Source: Cycas panzhihuaensis
Taxonomy: Eukaryota; Plantae; Cycadophyta
Assembly (NCBI GenBank): GCA_023213395.1
Contig: CM041465.1
Span: forward strand, 183,589,741 to 183,653,740
Length of the DNA: 64,000 nt
Direction: 5' to 3'
Every line of letters begins with the position of its first letter. Within the stretch, counting starts at the first letter, position 1. The notes beneath the pieces were generated by a model. The model saw only the letters and a list, made by a program, of their open reading frames with translations, was not told the DNA's origin and searched no databases. This document shows positions 13,640 through 25,871 of this stretch, piece after piece. A program made the position numbers and the translations under genes.

Positions 13640-16600
13640 ATGGGGGAAGTGTTGTTCTCCTTATTTCCTACTAAACCACTTGGCCTTACTAGGCAATTGT
13701 CCTGCTACTCCAATCCTGAAAGATTCATGTGTCTTATGTATTGTTTTGGTAGATTTTCTCTCCAAGATACAATCTTCCTTGAGAGGCTCCTCACTTTCCA
13801 AATACAAGTCATCAACTGAAGGTAAAGTGAACTGGTCCTGTTTCTCATCTAGCATGGAGGGCTCAAAGAGTTTTAAGTATTCAGCATTTACTACTAAATA
13901 TATTTGCATATAAGGTGGAAGATCAAGTTGGAAAGCATTGCCACCTACTTTTCTCAAAATCTTGAATGGTCCATACCTTATAGGTTTGAGTTTCTTGCCT
14001 TCTACTTTTAACCTCTCCTTGCTCAAGTATAACCATACTAAATCTCCTTCTTGAAAAGTACACTCTTGCCTATGCTTGTCATGTCTTTCTTTGTACTTTT
14101 GTTGAGTCCTTAGAAGTTGATCATGTACTTCTTTGTGGACTCTCTGGATCTTCTCTAAATATCTTAAAGCCTTGTTATGCTCCTCCTTCTCTTTGACAGA
14201 TCCTTCCTTAGCTTGCATGGAAAACTCTAAGTCAAATGGACTTTGAGCCAAGTATCCCAAACAAACTTCAAAAGGTGCTTTAGAGTGTGATGCATGCATT
14301 GCTCTATTAAATGCAAATTATAGAAAAGCTAATGATTCATCCCAAGTCTTTCGATGCTTGGAACTGTATCCCCTCCATAAATGTACTAAAGTTCTATTCA
14401 CTACTTCAGTTTGTCCATCTGTTTAAGGATGGAAACTTGTACTCCTCTTCAATTTGGTATCCATCATCTCCCATAGTCACTTCCAAAACAATGAAAGGAA
14501 TTGAGTGTCCTGATCTGAAATGATGGAAGAAGGCAAGCCAAAATTCTCTCATACATGCTCGAAGAATAACTCAGCTGCTCCTGTTCCTCTGATTGTCTTC
14601 TTATAAGGTATTAGACATATCATTTTACTGAACCTATCTATAACAACAAAGAGATAATCATGTCCCTTCCTAGTTATGGGAAGTCCCCCTAAGAAATCAA
14701 TGGAGATACTTTCCTAAGGTCTAGTGGGAATAGGAAGTGGTGTATACAATCCTAATTTTCTAGAAGAAGGCTTAGAAGTATTATATATTACACATCATTT
14801 TATATATTTTTTTACATCATTTTGCATTTTTGGCCATACAACATATCTTCTTAAGTTTACTAAAGTCTTCTCTATACCAAAGTGACCAGCTACTTTAGAA
14901 GTATGGGCTTCTCTAAGCCACATGATCTTGTCTCCTTTTGATGGAACATAGAGCTGCTCCCCTTTGAAAAGTAGACCATCCTTCCAAGCAAGTTGAGAAA
15001 TTCTTCCTTTTGCTAGGTTCTCTAATTCTTCCTTCAAAGCTTCATCTTCATAGTACAAGTCTTTGTACTCTTCATGATGCATTGGCTCCACCTGCAAACT
15101 CATAAGAGAACTACAAACAAAAGTAGAAGAAAAAGTGGAACAAGGTGGTCTAGATAACATATCAACAATTTTGTTAGTAGATCCCTTTTTATACTTAATT
15201 ACAATATTGAATTGTTGTAAATAACTCATCCACTTCATGTGTCTTGCTTGCTGTAATTCACTTTGGGTTTGTAAAAATTGAAGAGGCTTATAATCGGTAT
15301 GAACTACAACCTTTTTTCCAAGTAAGTAGGACCTCTAATGCTTGCATGCTTAATCAAGTGCAAACATTTCTCAATCATATGTTGGGTAGTTTTTCACTTG
15401 AGGGGTGAATACTTCCGAATGGTAAGCAATAGGCTTCCCATATTGAATAATGACAGCTCCCATTGCATTTCCACTTGCATCAGCTTCTACTTCAAAAGGC
15501 CTTTGCAAATTTGGCATTGCCAAAACTGGTGCTTCATAAATTTTCTTCTTTAAAAGAAGAAAAGCTTCTTCCTCGTTGGAACCCCAAGTAAACTTTTTAC
15601 TAGATTTTGTCAATCCATGTAGAGGGTGCTGCAACCTATGAGAAATGAAGAATAAACTTTCTCAAGTATTGACAAGCTCCTAAAAAACTTCTCACCTCTG
15701 TGATGATTGTTGGCCTAGGCCATTTGAGGATGGCTTGAGTCTTGAGTGGATCGATGCTCAACTTTCCTCCTCCAACCATATAGCCTAAGAAGATCAAGTT
15801 CTCCTTGCTAAATTCACACTTCTTCACATTAAGCTTTAAATGATGCTTAGCCATAGTCTTTAAAACTTCTTTTATGTGCTACAAATGTTCCTACCATGTG
15901 TTGTTGAAAATCAAAATGTCATCAAGATAGACAATAACAAAATTATCTAAGTAAGGCCTTAACATTTCATTCATTAGCCTCATGAATGTTGCAGGAGCAT
16001 TACACAAGCCGAAAGGCATAACCATCCATTCAAAGAGTCCTTGCTTTGTTTTGAAGGCCGTCTTCCATGTGTCCTCCTCCTTGACCCTAACTTGGTGATA
16101 ACCGCTTTTCAAATCCAACTTAGTAAAATAACAAGCATGCTGAATTTGATCAAGCAAATCATCTATGCGAGGCAAAGGGTAGCGATTTTTAATTGTAATT
16201 TTATTCAAAGCATGAAAGTCTATACACATTCTCCATCCTCTATCCTTCTTAGGCACCAAGACAATTGGTGACCCACAAGGTGAACATAAAGGTCTTATGA
16301 CCCCTTGATCAAGCAACTCCTCAACTTGCCTCTGTATCTCATTATTCTCTACAATGGAGTGCCTATACAAAGCAACATTAGGTAATGGTGCATCTCCTAC
16401 AAGAGTGATTTCATGCTCTATCTTTCTCTTTGGTGGTAGCCCATCAACATGTTGAAATAGAATATCATAGCTTATCTTTAACTCCTCAATTTGTTGTATT
16501 TATTTAGGTGATATAAGAAGAGTGTGAGTAGAAGAACCTTCTTCATCTCCTGGCTCTTCTTTTCTCCTTACCATTAAGATGATGAATTTACCACATGCAT

Positions 16601-18092
16601 TGATCATCCTTTTTGCTTGAGTGGCTGAAATTAATGCTATCTTATCCAAATGCTTCTTTGTGGCCTTTATGATGAAGCCCTTGTTATCCTTCATCAACCG
16701 ATGCTTTCTCTCCTTTCGATAGAAGAGTGCATCTCTATCCCACAAGTAGGGACTCCCAAGCACAACATGGCATACATCTAATGGCACCACATCACATATT
16801 ACTTCATCAACAAAATCATTAGTGATGGAAAATTTAAGTGTACATTGTTTTGATATTTGTATTTCCACATCTTTATGGATCCAACCAAGAGGATATGGGT
16901 GAGGGTGAGGAGTAGTTACCAACCTAATGCTCTTTACCAAACTTTCTGAGATTAAATTCTTTTAGCTCCCCAGATCTATAATGGCACCAATAATATCATT
17001 TCCTACTTGAAGCTTCAAGTGAAATAGTTCCTCCCTTATAGCATCATCTCCATAATTTGTAAGTAGAGTAACCTTCTCTTCTTCTCCTTCACTTTGAATC
17101 TCCATCTCAGAAAGTAGTGCTTTCCCTTTCTCCTTCTTTCTTAATTCTACATCCTTGATATGCTTTGGCTTTAGCTCTGGATGCAACTTCCAACACTTTG
17201 CTGCAATATGACCACTAATATCACAATGCTCACAATAGTTAGAACTTTTAACAAAATTAGTTCTTTTCTTCTTTCCTTCTTGCCTTTTAGATGAGTGCAA
17301 TTTATGATTCTTTTCATACTTATTAGAAGTAAAAGTAGAATCTTTAGACATAAATGTAGATTTCTTGCTTTTACTTTCTATTGCCATAGCCATTCTACTT
17401 GCTTCTCCAATGGATTGAACCTTAAAAAGCCTTAGTTCCTTCCTTATGTATTCATATAATCCTCCAATGAATTTCATAAGAGTGATATGTTCATCCATAT
17501 TAATACCAAGTAGCATGCCATGCCTAAAAAATAAAGAAGTATAGTCTTAGACACATACACCTCTCCCTTGGTGTAAATATTGCCAAGTGACCCATTGGTC
17601 TTCCTCATGACCTATGGGGTAGTATTGCTTCTTTATTATTTTCTTAAAATCCATCCATGAAAAAGAAGATACATCATGAGTCTTTAAATATGTATTCCAC
17701 CATGTTAATGCATGTTTACACAACTTGAGCCTCGCAAATGAAAGCTTTTAAGCATTACTATAAGCATAAACTGTGAAGTAGGTTTCAAGTTGATCCAACC
17801 AATGGTCTAACTTTTCAGCATTTACCTCTCCATCATAAGTTGGAATATCCAACTTTGCCTCCACCTTGAAGGGTTGATGAGATGAAGTACCCTTGCTTTC
17901 TTCAAATGAGTGCTTTAAGGTCTCCTCCTCTTCCTCTTCATGGTTATGGTCATATGTGGATCCTCCTTCAACTTCCTTCTCTTTGCCTTTTCCTTTGACT
18001 AGAGGCAGAAGTTGGGTCATCATTTGCATCAAAACTTCTACGTTCTTCTTAAGCTTTTCAAATCTAATTTTTCCATCTTCTTTTTCAGCCAT
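13640..18092 (-). pseudogene. CRM-like gag-pol (gag, CCHC knuckle, protease, RT, RNase H, integrase, chromodomain-like tail) with stops and frameshifts
   Basis: KLDIPTYDGEVNAEKLDHW; CEHCDISGHIAAKC; IIDLGS; PHPHPYPLGW; LPRIDDLL...MPFGLCNAPATF...VYLDDIL; VEADAS; AHTSKVAGHFG; RYGPFKIL. Confidence 0.92.
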
Positions 18093-18208
18093 GGTGCTTG
18101 GATTTTTTCTTTGTCTTCTTAGTGATTACAACACAAGAAAAGCTTCACCTTTCTCTTTGTATCCTTTCCTTGTTTGTACCATTCAAGTCCCTACAACAAA
18201 GATCACAT

Positions 18209-18220
18209 GCTCTGATACCA
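18209..18220 (-). other. Primer-binding site (initiator Met-tRNA) of the CRM-like element
   Basis: gctctgatacca is the reverse complement of TGGTATCAGAGC, 5 nt from the 5' LTR. Confidence 0.92.
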
Positions 18221-18225
18221 AAATA

Positions 18226-19290
18226 TGATCCTAAAATAGAGCTAATTGGTGAAGAAGTCAATTATCAACCTTTTCTCCTTGAGATCCTGGGAGTTAGTGT
18301 AGAAATCCTAATAACATCAAAACAAAAATGAGCCCATAAAAGGAAATTCTATACCAAATCATTTATTTTTGATATTGCTCCAAAAGTATGAGGAGTAGTA
18401 CTTTTATTAAACTATAAAAATCTCTATTTAATGGTGGAGAGATCAACTAGCAAAAGAATGGTTAAATTACAAGGAATAAATGATACAATTATACCATAAG
18501 GGGGACTCCAACCCTCCAAAATGCTTCTCCAAGGATACTTCCCAAGTCAAGTACCTTTCACCTCCAAGAACTACCTCTCCAACCCATAATAGGGCTTAAT
18601 TTATAGAAAGAAACCAAATTGCATGTTTAACAAGTGGCAATCATGCAAGTATAACCACTAACCACTAGAATGCATGTTGTCCAAGTGGGCTTCATGCAAT
18701 TCTTAAAAGTTACGACTTGTAACTAATCTTAACTGACTCCAATTCAGCTCACATTTGGTACATGTATAGGAACACCTGTCTCCTCTGCTTCCTCAAAAAT
18801 TTAGCTCATTTAGATGTCATTTGACAGCATTTTTATTCATTTAATGATAATATGTATTTGTTATTTTTCTGCTAGCTGTGGGATTAATTTTATGCAAAAT
18901 AAGGCTTGAACTTGTGGCTTGTAACTGACCTTAACGGACTCTAATTCATCTCAACTTTGGACACTTATAGGAATGCAGGTCCCCTCTACTTCCTCAAAAT
19001 TTTAGCTCATTTGGATGTCATTTGACCACATTTTTATTCATTTAATGATAATATGTATTTGCTATTTTTCTGCTAGCTGTGGGATTAATTTTATGCAAAA
19101 CAAGTCTTGGACTCTAATCAAATGATATTTTCTAAACCCCACCTTTTGTACACATGTAGTGGGATGTGTCTTCTTCCTTTACACAAAATTTCATATAATT
19201 TTGATACCATTTGGCTGTATCTCTTTTAGTTATTCCAATATCTAGCATTTTTCTGCATCCTGTAAACATATGGTAGATCCTCTTGGATCA
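18226..19290 (-). repeat. 5' LTR of the CRM-like element
   Basis: Direct repeat of 12523-13587, next to the PBS. Confidence 0.93.
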
Positions 19291-19295
19291 CAGCT

Positions 19296-22200
19296 TAAGA
19301 TTCTACTTCTAAAAGGGCTTTGCCAAGCAAGCCAAAGGTCAATAGTCTTTTTCGAGAAGGTGCATCACACCTCCAGTTTCTCAAGCAGTATCCTCCATGC
19401 CTCCCTTGTGAAAAGACACTCAAGGAAGATATGGTCTGTGGATTTCTCTTCTTTGCAACATAGTATACATCTGTTGGCCAGCAGAAAGCCTCTCTTTTTG
19501 AGGTTATCTATAGTGAGTATTTTATTCATTAGATAGATCCACTAGAAAATAGTTATCTTACGAATGAGAGGGAGCTTCCAAACACCTTCTAATATTAGAT
19601 TACTCTAGTCCCCTCTTGTTAAACATAAATAGTGGTATCCTTGTTTAATGGTGTATTCTCCGGACGAGCTCAAGGGCCACACAATTGAATCCAGCGAAGG
19701 CGTTCTAGGGATGCAACTTTTACCTAGAATCCTTTTAATCTTATAAAGACCCTTCTGCAATCTACGCTCACCCTGGATTTCCTCAAAGTTCCTCCAGTCC
19801 CTATTTCTTCCACTCCCGACCTAGTAATCTTTTATATGTAGACTGTAATGCCTGACATAAGGACCCATGATAGGCTCCAGGTCTGGGTATTTCTTTAGAG
19901 CCTTGTCACAACACCACACATCCTCCCAAAATCTTATGGAGTTGCCATCTCCCAATCTCCATTTCAAGCCACCCTTGATAGCTTTCCATGCTTTAAGGAT
20001 GCTCCTCCAGACGGTTGAACCAACCGGCGATGCAGTATTATCTATGAGAGAGCCCCCTTGAATATATTTTCGTGATAGGATCTTCTCCCATAGTCTCTCT
20101 CCTCCTTTGAATAATCGCCAGCCCAACTTTGCCCTGAGAGTGATGTTGAAGAGAGTAATCCTTCTCAGATTGAGGCCATCGGCCCATTTCGAAGTACAGA
20201 CTTTGCTCCAACTTACCAGATGTATCCTATCCTTATTTTCTGCCCCAAACCAAAGGAATCTCTTCTGGATGGATTCAATAGTGTCTGAGATTCCAGGCAG
20301 AACTCTAAAGATGGACATCCAAAAGACTGGGATGCTCTGAAGCGTAGAAGTAACTAACTAGAATTCTAGCCTACCAACTTCCTTTGCATCCTATCGATAA
20401 GGGGGTTCTACATTTCTTTGGTCATCTTTCCAACAAAGAGAGGTAAGCCAAGGTAAGTTGTGGGGAGCTTTTTAATACCCATCCCTAGAATCCTACTGAT
20501 CCTACCTTGGATTCGGCCTGGGATATTTATGAAAAAGACGTTACTCTTATTCAAACTTATCTTCTAGTTCATGGCCTTCTCGAAGTGCCTTAAGATCTCC
20601 TTAAATTTGGATGCCTCTCTTATAGCAGCCTTCCCTAAGAAAATATTATCATCCACGAATTAGTGGTGGGCCACATTATCCATCCCTAATGTCAGTTTAA
20701 TGCTATTTATAATCCCTTACCTCCTAGCTGACTCTAGGGTTCTACCCAATAATTTAGCCATCGTGATGTATAGGAAGGAAGAGAGGGGATCACCTTGTTT
20801 CAGCCCCCTAAAACCTAGAAAAAAGCTGGAAGATGATCAATTGATAATAACTGAGAATTGAGATTGCCAATACATAGCTTTATCCAATACTGCCAAGGTT
20901 CCCCAAAGCCAAATGCCTCTAGGCAATCTAGCAAACACTCCCAGGAGACCCTATCGAAGGCCTTCATGAGGTCAATCTTGATGAGCATTGCGGGCTCCTT
21001 CCTTTCTGTGGTTGAGTGGATTGTTTTGTGAACTACTATATAGCCATCATAGATCTGTCTGCCCTAGAGAAAACCATCTTGATTATAGGAGATGATATTT
21101 GGCATAATTTTCTTTAATCTATTGACTAAGACCTTGGTTATAATCTTGTATTTAACATTGCAGAGACTGATGGGGCAAAACTCTTCCATCCTTTTCACCC
21201 CTTCTTTTTTAGGGATGAGAATGAGGAATGTAGTCTGCTATTCCTGCAGAATCTTTTTGTTTACATAAAACTCCTGCAAAGCTTCTATGAGATCCCCCTT
21301 GATAATGTCCCAAAACTCCTGAAAAAACCTTGGTGGGAATCCATCGGGGCCTGGAGATTTATCTTTCTTCATACCAAAGAGAGCCACCCTGACTTCATCC
21401 AGGGTGAATGGTGCTGTCAGCTGAGTATTTTGAGCTTCATTCACTAGACTGGGGATGTTGTTTAAAAAATCCTTCCTTCTATCCTTATCCCCATCCCGCG
21501 GTTTAGTATATAAGTCCTTGAAGTATTCACTTGCCAACTCCTTCATACCCTCTGACGAACTTACTACTGAGCCATCTTGCTTATGAAGACTGTTAATTCT
21601 ATTACTCACTCAATGTTTAGTTATGGTCATATGGAAAAATTTAGTGTTTTTATCTCCTTCAGCCAGCCAAAGAGCCCTGGATTTTTGTCTCCAATGGATT
21701 TCCTCTCTGATGAGAATCTCCTCCAGGGTCTCAGCCAGCTCCTTCTCTGTCTTATCTAGCTTTGGGGATCTACCCACTCGTTCGATCCTGTCCTCAATTT
21801 CTTTAAGATCACGGATGGTTTTATCCTTTTGTTCATGTATATTTTGAAAGACTTCCTTGTTCCATACCTTTACTTATCTTTTGATCCAATCCAGTTTCTT
21901 CGAGAATCTGTACATTACATGGCCTCAAATTTGAACTCCCCACCATTCCTCAATTCTCTTTCGAAGATCAGGGTGTCAAAGCCACATTAGTTTGAACCTG
22001 AAGGGTGACCCAATATATTTACCTGGATTTAAAAATTGAAGCAAGAGGGGAGAATGGTTCGAACAAATCCTCGATAGAGCCTTGAGGGTGAAGTCATTGA
22101 AGCACCTCATCCAATCATAATTGACCAGCACCCTGTCCAATTCGATTTGAATTAAGTCATCCCCCAAATGCTTATTAGACCAGGTAAATGAAGCACCCCT

Positions 22201-22734
22201 AAGCTTAACATCCTCCAGGCCCCCCTACTGCAGGAAGTCATTGAACTCACTTATGCTAGTTGTCCACCCACCAGTGCCACCTCTCTTGTCCCCTAGAGAC
22301 AACGCCGAGTTGAAGTCCCCCCCCAGCAGCCATGGCTCTTAGCAGTCCCTGTGGGCCTCCAGTAATCTATCCTAAAGCTTCTTCCTAGCTTCTTCAAGAT
22401 TTGGGGCATAGATGTTTGTGGCTAGCCATTTATTATTGTTACTTTTATTTGTTAATCGTACTAAGATAAAGGATTCCTCTGCCAAAAAGATTTCTCCCGA
22501 CCATGTTGACGGATTCCATAGCATCATTAAGCCCCCAGTTCCTTGGGCATAACCGATCTCTATACCTTCGGTGCTCTTCCAAATTTTGTTCCTAATCCTT
22601 GGTCCGTTCTTCTTGCTTAGCTTAGTTTCCTGCAAGAACATCAGGTCTGGGTGGTATCTATTCCTCATATCCCTAATAATTCTCTGTTTTGAGGGGGCAT
22701 TAAGTCCCCTGATATTCCATGATATAATTTTCAT
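19296..22734 (-). pseudogene. LINE A ORF2 (AP endonuclease, reverse transcriptase, zf-RVT), decayed
   Basis: ORFs 22372-22734, 21976-22167 (LDRVLVN..SNHSPL), 21238-21609 (KSPGPDGF) and 19821-20318 (FLW..HLVSW..C; GDGNSIRFWEDVW). Confidence 0.92.
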
Positions 22735-23700
22735 CTTTTCTTCCTTTGCTTCTAAGCTTCAACAGCTTTGTCTTTTGGTGGCTCTCTACCTTCTGTTCTA
22801 GATCTAAGATTAGGCCCTTCTAGGAAAACTTCCTTTAAAGTTTTCTGGCTGCCTTGATCTACTTAGGCAGCCATTTCTTTCTCTCTTTGTAATTTTGAAG
22901 GTGGCCTCCCTACCTTCTTCTCAGCACCCACATCCGGCTGCTCCTTTTGGGACATAACTGGTTGTGGTAAGGAATTTAGACCTGGTGTCCCTAGGTCCTC
23001 CAATGTGGACATCACAGGCCCCTCAACCCCAGCCAACTGCCCCTGGTACACTGATTCTTTTACTGTCTTATCTTCAACATCTGAGGAGGAGTCCTTTACA
23101 GGTAGGGGGGGCAAGACCAGCCCCAGCACAACCTCCTTATCCTGCATCCTCTGTGGCTTGGGCATATGAGTTAAGGTAAATTGGGCAAAAGAAGCAGCCC
23201 CAGCAGGGATAGGGGCCCCTATACCATCCCCGCCAACCGAGCTCCTCGGGGCCGCTAGAGCCTGTGCTACTTACTCACCTTCCTCTAGGAGCGTGTCCTC
23301 CTCATTGGGGTCAAAACCCAAGTTCAGATGAGAGGCCTCAATAGCCTCCATTTGGTCTGGGCATTCTAATACCTCCCCTTTTTCCGTTTCCTTCTTCTCC
23401 TAGGGATTTGGTTATGAGGGACCCTCTTTTTTCTCATCCTTTGAGAGCTGCACCCCTGGGTACTTTTGGGGCAGATGCCCCAAGTTTCTATAGGTGGAGC
23501 ATCTAAAATGCTCCATCTCATAGATCAATGGCTGTGCCCAACTCCCATCCGCCGTGTCCATCCATATGTCATCCAGGAGGGGTTTATCAATCCGGACCAG
23601 GGCGTAAAGTCTAGCATTTATAAGTCTACTTCTATTTTTTGTCGTAGAATCTATTGCTAATAGAGGACCCACCACTTTTGCTATACCTTTAACACTTCGG
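22731..23700 (-). pseudogene. LINE A ORF1 C-terminal part (zinc-knuckle region)
   Basis: VGPLLAIDSTTKNRSRLINAR...QPLIYEMEHFRCSTYRNLGH, typical of plant L1 ORF1. Confidence 0.8.
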
Positions 23701-23715
23701 GGTCTCTTTGAGATG

Positions 23716-25854
23716 GTTTAATTATAATAATCATTCTCTAATAGATTTTGCCTCTTTTAGGCAACGTGCAAGGGTTATGCAAACAATTAGTATTTTAAAC
23801 TCATATGGAATAATAACCTATAATCCATACACTAAAAGAAAGGGTGTTTATCCTATAACCCTTTTGTAAGTGGTGTAGAACACCCACAATGCAAATGCTT
23901 ACTTTTCTACTTAGTTGCATTTACCATTGTTGTAGATTTTTAAAGCAATTTTTTATAATTTTATTTGAACTCTTTGCTTGGTTGTTTGCTTGTGGGTAAT
24001 ATGGGGTTGATTTATAATAGTTGATCATAAATGTAGCTATAAATTCTTATATAACTACATTTAAAAAGCGGGAACCTTAATCACTTAGTAACTCTAATGG
24101 GCACCTAAATCTCCTTATAGAAACTAAGTAATGCTCTGCATGTCAGGATTTTTTACTAGATAAACTTTAGTCAATTTTATTGCATAGTAATTGATCATAA
24201 AGATGTGTCTTGTTTAGGATCTCCTTGTTGTGGGGCTTACGAGGCTTGTGAAGTTTAGCCCCAATTTCTCAAAAGGAGTTTATGGCAAGATTGGGTTAAG
24301 GGGTTAAAAATCCTAGTGATGAGGTTTCTTTACATGTTGGTAATAGTTACATTTCCTTACCTAGTTTCATGTATCTTTAAATAACATTGGCCACCATAAT
24401 CCTATATTAAATATTTTTTGGCATGAAGCTTTTTATTAACATACCTATTAGTGACACCTTGATGCACTTGTGATATTATTTACTAAACCTCTTACGGTGT
24501 CATGCATCTCCTCAATATGTTATTTGATCTAAGGTAGTATAATTCTCCTTGAATTAGTTGGTAAGGTTCTGCTTTCCTTACCAAATGTCATTTTGTGCTT
24601 TATCTAACCCTACTAGCATTCCCTTATTGATAAATATTTAGATATATCTTTGTACCATTCCATGCTGAAAGCTCCATCTTTGAATAAGTGAGCTTTTAGA
24701 AAGTTGTTGAGGGTTCTAATTAATTTTTCGCCATTATTTTCCCAGTTTAATATATATTTTGAATGTAAATTCTTGAAATAACATTTACCATCTATTGATT
24801 CTTCCTCTTAATAGTGGCATATTGATTAGGTATAACAAGGCCTAATAGTCTACATAAAATATGAACAAAGTCAATAATAAATAATATTAATTTTTTTATA
24901 ATGTGTGAACCATCTCTAAGCCTTCTCTTTTTATCACCATATAATTTTGCTCTATCTTTATTAGCTTTTTACTTATGAATGAAATTAAATGGTTAATATT
25001 TTTGTTATTAGGTTATGCCAACACGCAAGTAATTATAGATTAGGAGGTGTTAATATGTATATAAAACATTTAATTTAAATTCGAGAATTAAAATATTTTT
25101 GTTATTGCAATAGCTTTTTTTAGGGCTTCAAATGTCATTTATTTCTCATACCCATTTTTATTCCATGTCTTTTTCTAACAACTTGTTAATAGGTTCAGAT
25201 ATGTGAGTGTAACCTTTGATAAATCTTTAGTAGTATCTTGTCAACCATAGAAATCCTTTTATTTACTTCCTTATTAAAGGAATGAGAAAGTTTAATATTG
25301 TTGATACTTTGGTAGGATTAGCTCACAATTCTTCTTTACCAACTATGTGCCATAATAAGTTCCTAAATGGGATAAAGAAAGTACACTTCTCTAGATCTAG
25401 GCTTATTTTATTTTCATAATATATTTGTAGCATTTCATTAACATTTTCAATATGATTTTTGATCATCCCATACAGGGTCTAGTAATTCAAGAATATAACC
25501 ACTTTTTCCAAGATCATCTTATGGAAAATATTCAAGATTATTTATTGAAAGATAGTTGGGGCATTTATTAATCCAAAGGGCATGGCCCTATAAGTATATG
25601 CCCCTAATTATATATTGAATGTCATTTTTACTTGATCTTTGGGTGTAATTCTTACTTGGTTATATCTACTAGGCTTATTTGTGAAGAATAGATTTTGTTT
25701 CCTCTCACCACCTCTAGAACATCCTTTATGAAGGGTATGGGAAAGGGTTACTTTTTTATCACTTTATTCAATTACCAATAAATAATGCATGCCTTTATTT
25801 TTCCATTCTTTCTAGGTTTAACCACGACTAATCTAATCCAATTGCTATATCCTA
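23716..25854 (-). pseudogene. Element X RT core, RNase H and integrase relics
   Basis: YNQVRITPKDQVKMTF...YRAMPFGLINAPTIFQ*IILNIFHKMILEKVVIFLN; ALWVFYTTYKRVIG*TPFLLVYGL. Confidence 0.8.
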
Positions 25855-25871
25855 TCTTGTAAATATATCTT

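Larger units (their letters stand above)
12523..19290 (-). mobile_element. Structurally complete CRM-like chromovirus Ty3/gypsy LTR retrotransposon with decayed ORFs
   Basis: Two 1065-bp LTRs with TGATCC...GGATCA ends; Met-tRNA PBS; PPT; gag-PR-RT-RH-INT order. Degenerate 5-bp TSD (tagat/cagct); removing one copy restores the LINE frame (RILSCI*KSAFLILA*NI*KERN). Confidence 0.93.
11635..23702 (-). mobile_element. L1-clade LINE (LINE A), 5'-truncated within ORF1, interrupted by a CRM-like element
   Basis: Poly(A) tail at 11635-11646; TSD tctctttgagatg at 11622-11634 and 23703-23715; ORF1 relic, endonuclease MKIISWNIRGLN...LQETK, KSPGPDGF, RT and RNase H motifs. Confidence 0.93.

Noticed and set aside
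12832-23660. Plus-strand ORFs overlapping the CRM and LINE A coding regions
   Set aside because: Antisense shadows of minus-strand TE ORFs or LTR sequence, with no recognisable domains.
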